A DNA stretch of 64,000 nucleotides from Gemmatimonadaceae bacterium (GTDB taxonomy: Bacteria; Gemmatimonadota; Gemmatimonadetes; Gemmatimonadales; Gemmatimonadaceae). Of the stretch, positions 63,554 through 64,000 are shown piece by piece. Position 1 is the stretch's first letter. The number at the start of each line of letters is the position of its first letter. The stretch lies in contig JBBDYC010000008.1 in the NCBI GenBank assembly GCA_040901985.1, positions 80,490 to 144,489 of the forward strand. The letters run 5' to 3'. The notes under the pieces are model-generated. The model worked only from the letters and a program-made list of their open reading frames with translations, was not told where the DNA came from and did not search any database. The position numbers and the translations under genes are program-made.

Positions 63554-64000
63554 TCAAGGATCTACACTGAATATACGCGCGACCGTGCGCTCATACTCGG
63601 CGACGGCCGCTCGTTCGCCGGCCTCGGTCCAGCCGAGCCGCTTGGCCATCAGCCCCGCCACGCGCGGCGCGAGGCCGCGTCCCTGGTCGCGCAGCTCGAA
63701 TGCCATCGTGGTCCGATGGATCATCACGTCAGCGAGCGTCTCGGCGAACTCGGCCTCGACGGCGTGCTGCACGTCTCGCTCGCGCCAGGCGAGGCCCGGT
63801 ACGAGCGTCAGGTCGGAACTCTCGGCGGGCGGCCGCTCGCCGGGCAGGGGTGCAGTTGTGGTGTCGCAGGGCTTCGACTTGACGCCGATTGCCCGTACCG
63901 CCGCGTCCACGATCTGCTCGGCCATTGCGCGGAAGGTCGTGAGCTTGCCGCCGGTGACCGTGAGCACGCCGCGCGCCGAGAGACGGATCGAATGCTCGCG
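63554..64000 (-). CDS. glpD: FAD-dependent glycerol-3-phosphate dehydrogenase/oxidase, C-terminal part (5' end outside the window)
   Basis: REHSI...GVLTVTGGKLTTFRAMAE, E.A.TL.DV..RTT, MA..LGW. Confidence 0.82.
   Translation of the reverse strand, partial: REHSIRLSARGVLTVTGGKLTTFRAMAEQIVDAAVRAIGVKSKPCDTTTAPLPGERPPAESSDLTLVPGLAWRERDVQHAVEAEFAETLADVMIHRTTMAFELRDQGRGLAPRVAGLMAKRLGWTEAGERAAVAEYERTVARIFSVDP

Overview
High-GC bacterial window, most likely Gemmatimonadota (inferred from gene style, not proven). It holds about 58 CDS; I saw no rRNA, tRNA or CRISPR array. Most of it is housekeeping or envelope genes: a split xanthine-dehydrogenase-family Mo enzyme, ferredoxin, RNase D, an ECF/anti-sigma/PDZ module, LOG, a deoxyhypusine-synthase-like protein, NupC, a large Ig-like surface lipoprotein, an M28 peptidase, GreA and the GlpD C-terminus. 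The best candidate for an undescribed system is 52141-60264. It encodes a fused anti-sigma-kinase/STAS protein, an ECF sigma factor, and a membrane anti-sigma-like protein with about 24-27 tandem 9-aa helical repeats (with an internal strong RBS and a 3' hairpin). These are followed by an outer-membrane HExxH-peptidase/beta-propeller/beta-barrel protein, a PrsW intramembrane protease and a REC-PP2C phosphatase. Other notable items: queG runs in frame into a TonB-dependent receptor; an ~800 bp scar of IS256/IS3/IS91 fragments lies next to a variant Fic gene; mscL is 5'-truncated; there is a DosR-regulon-like stress cluster; and a promoter plus terminator leader precedes greA. All family calls come from motif recognition by eye, with no database search.
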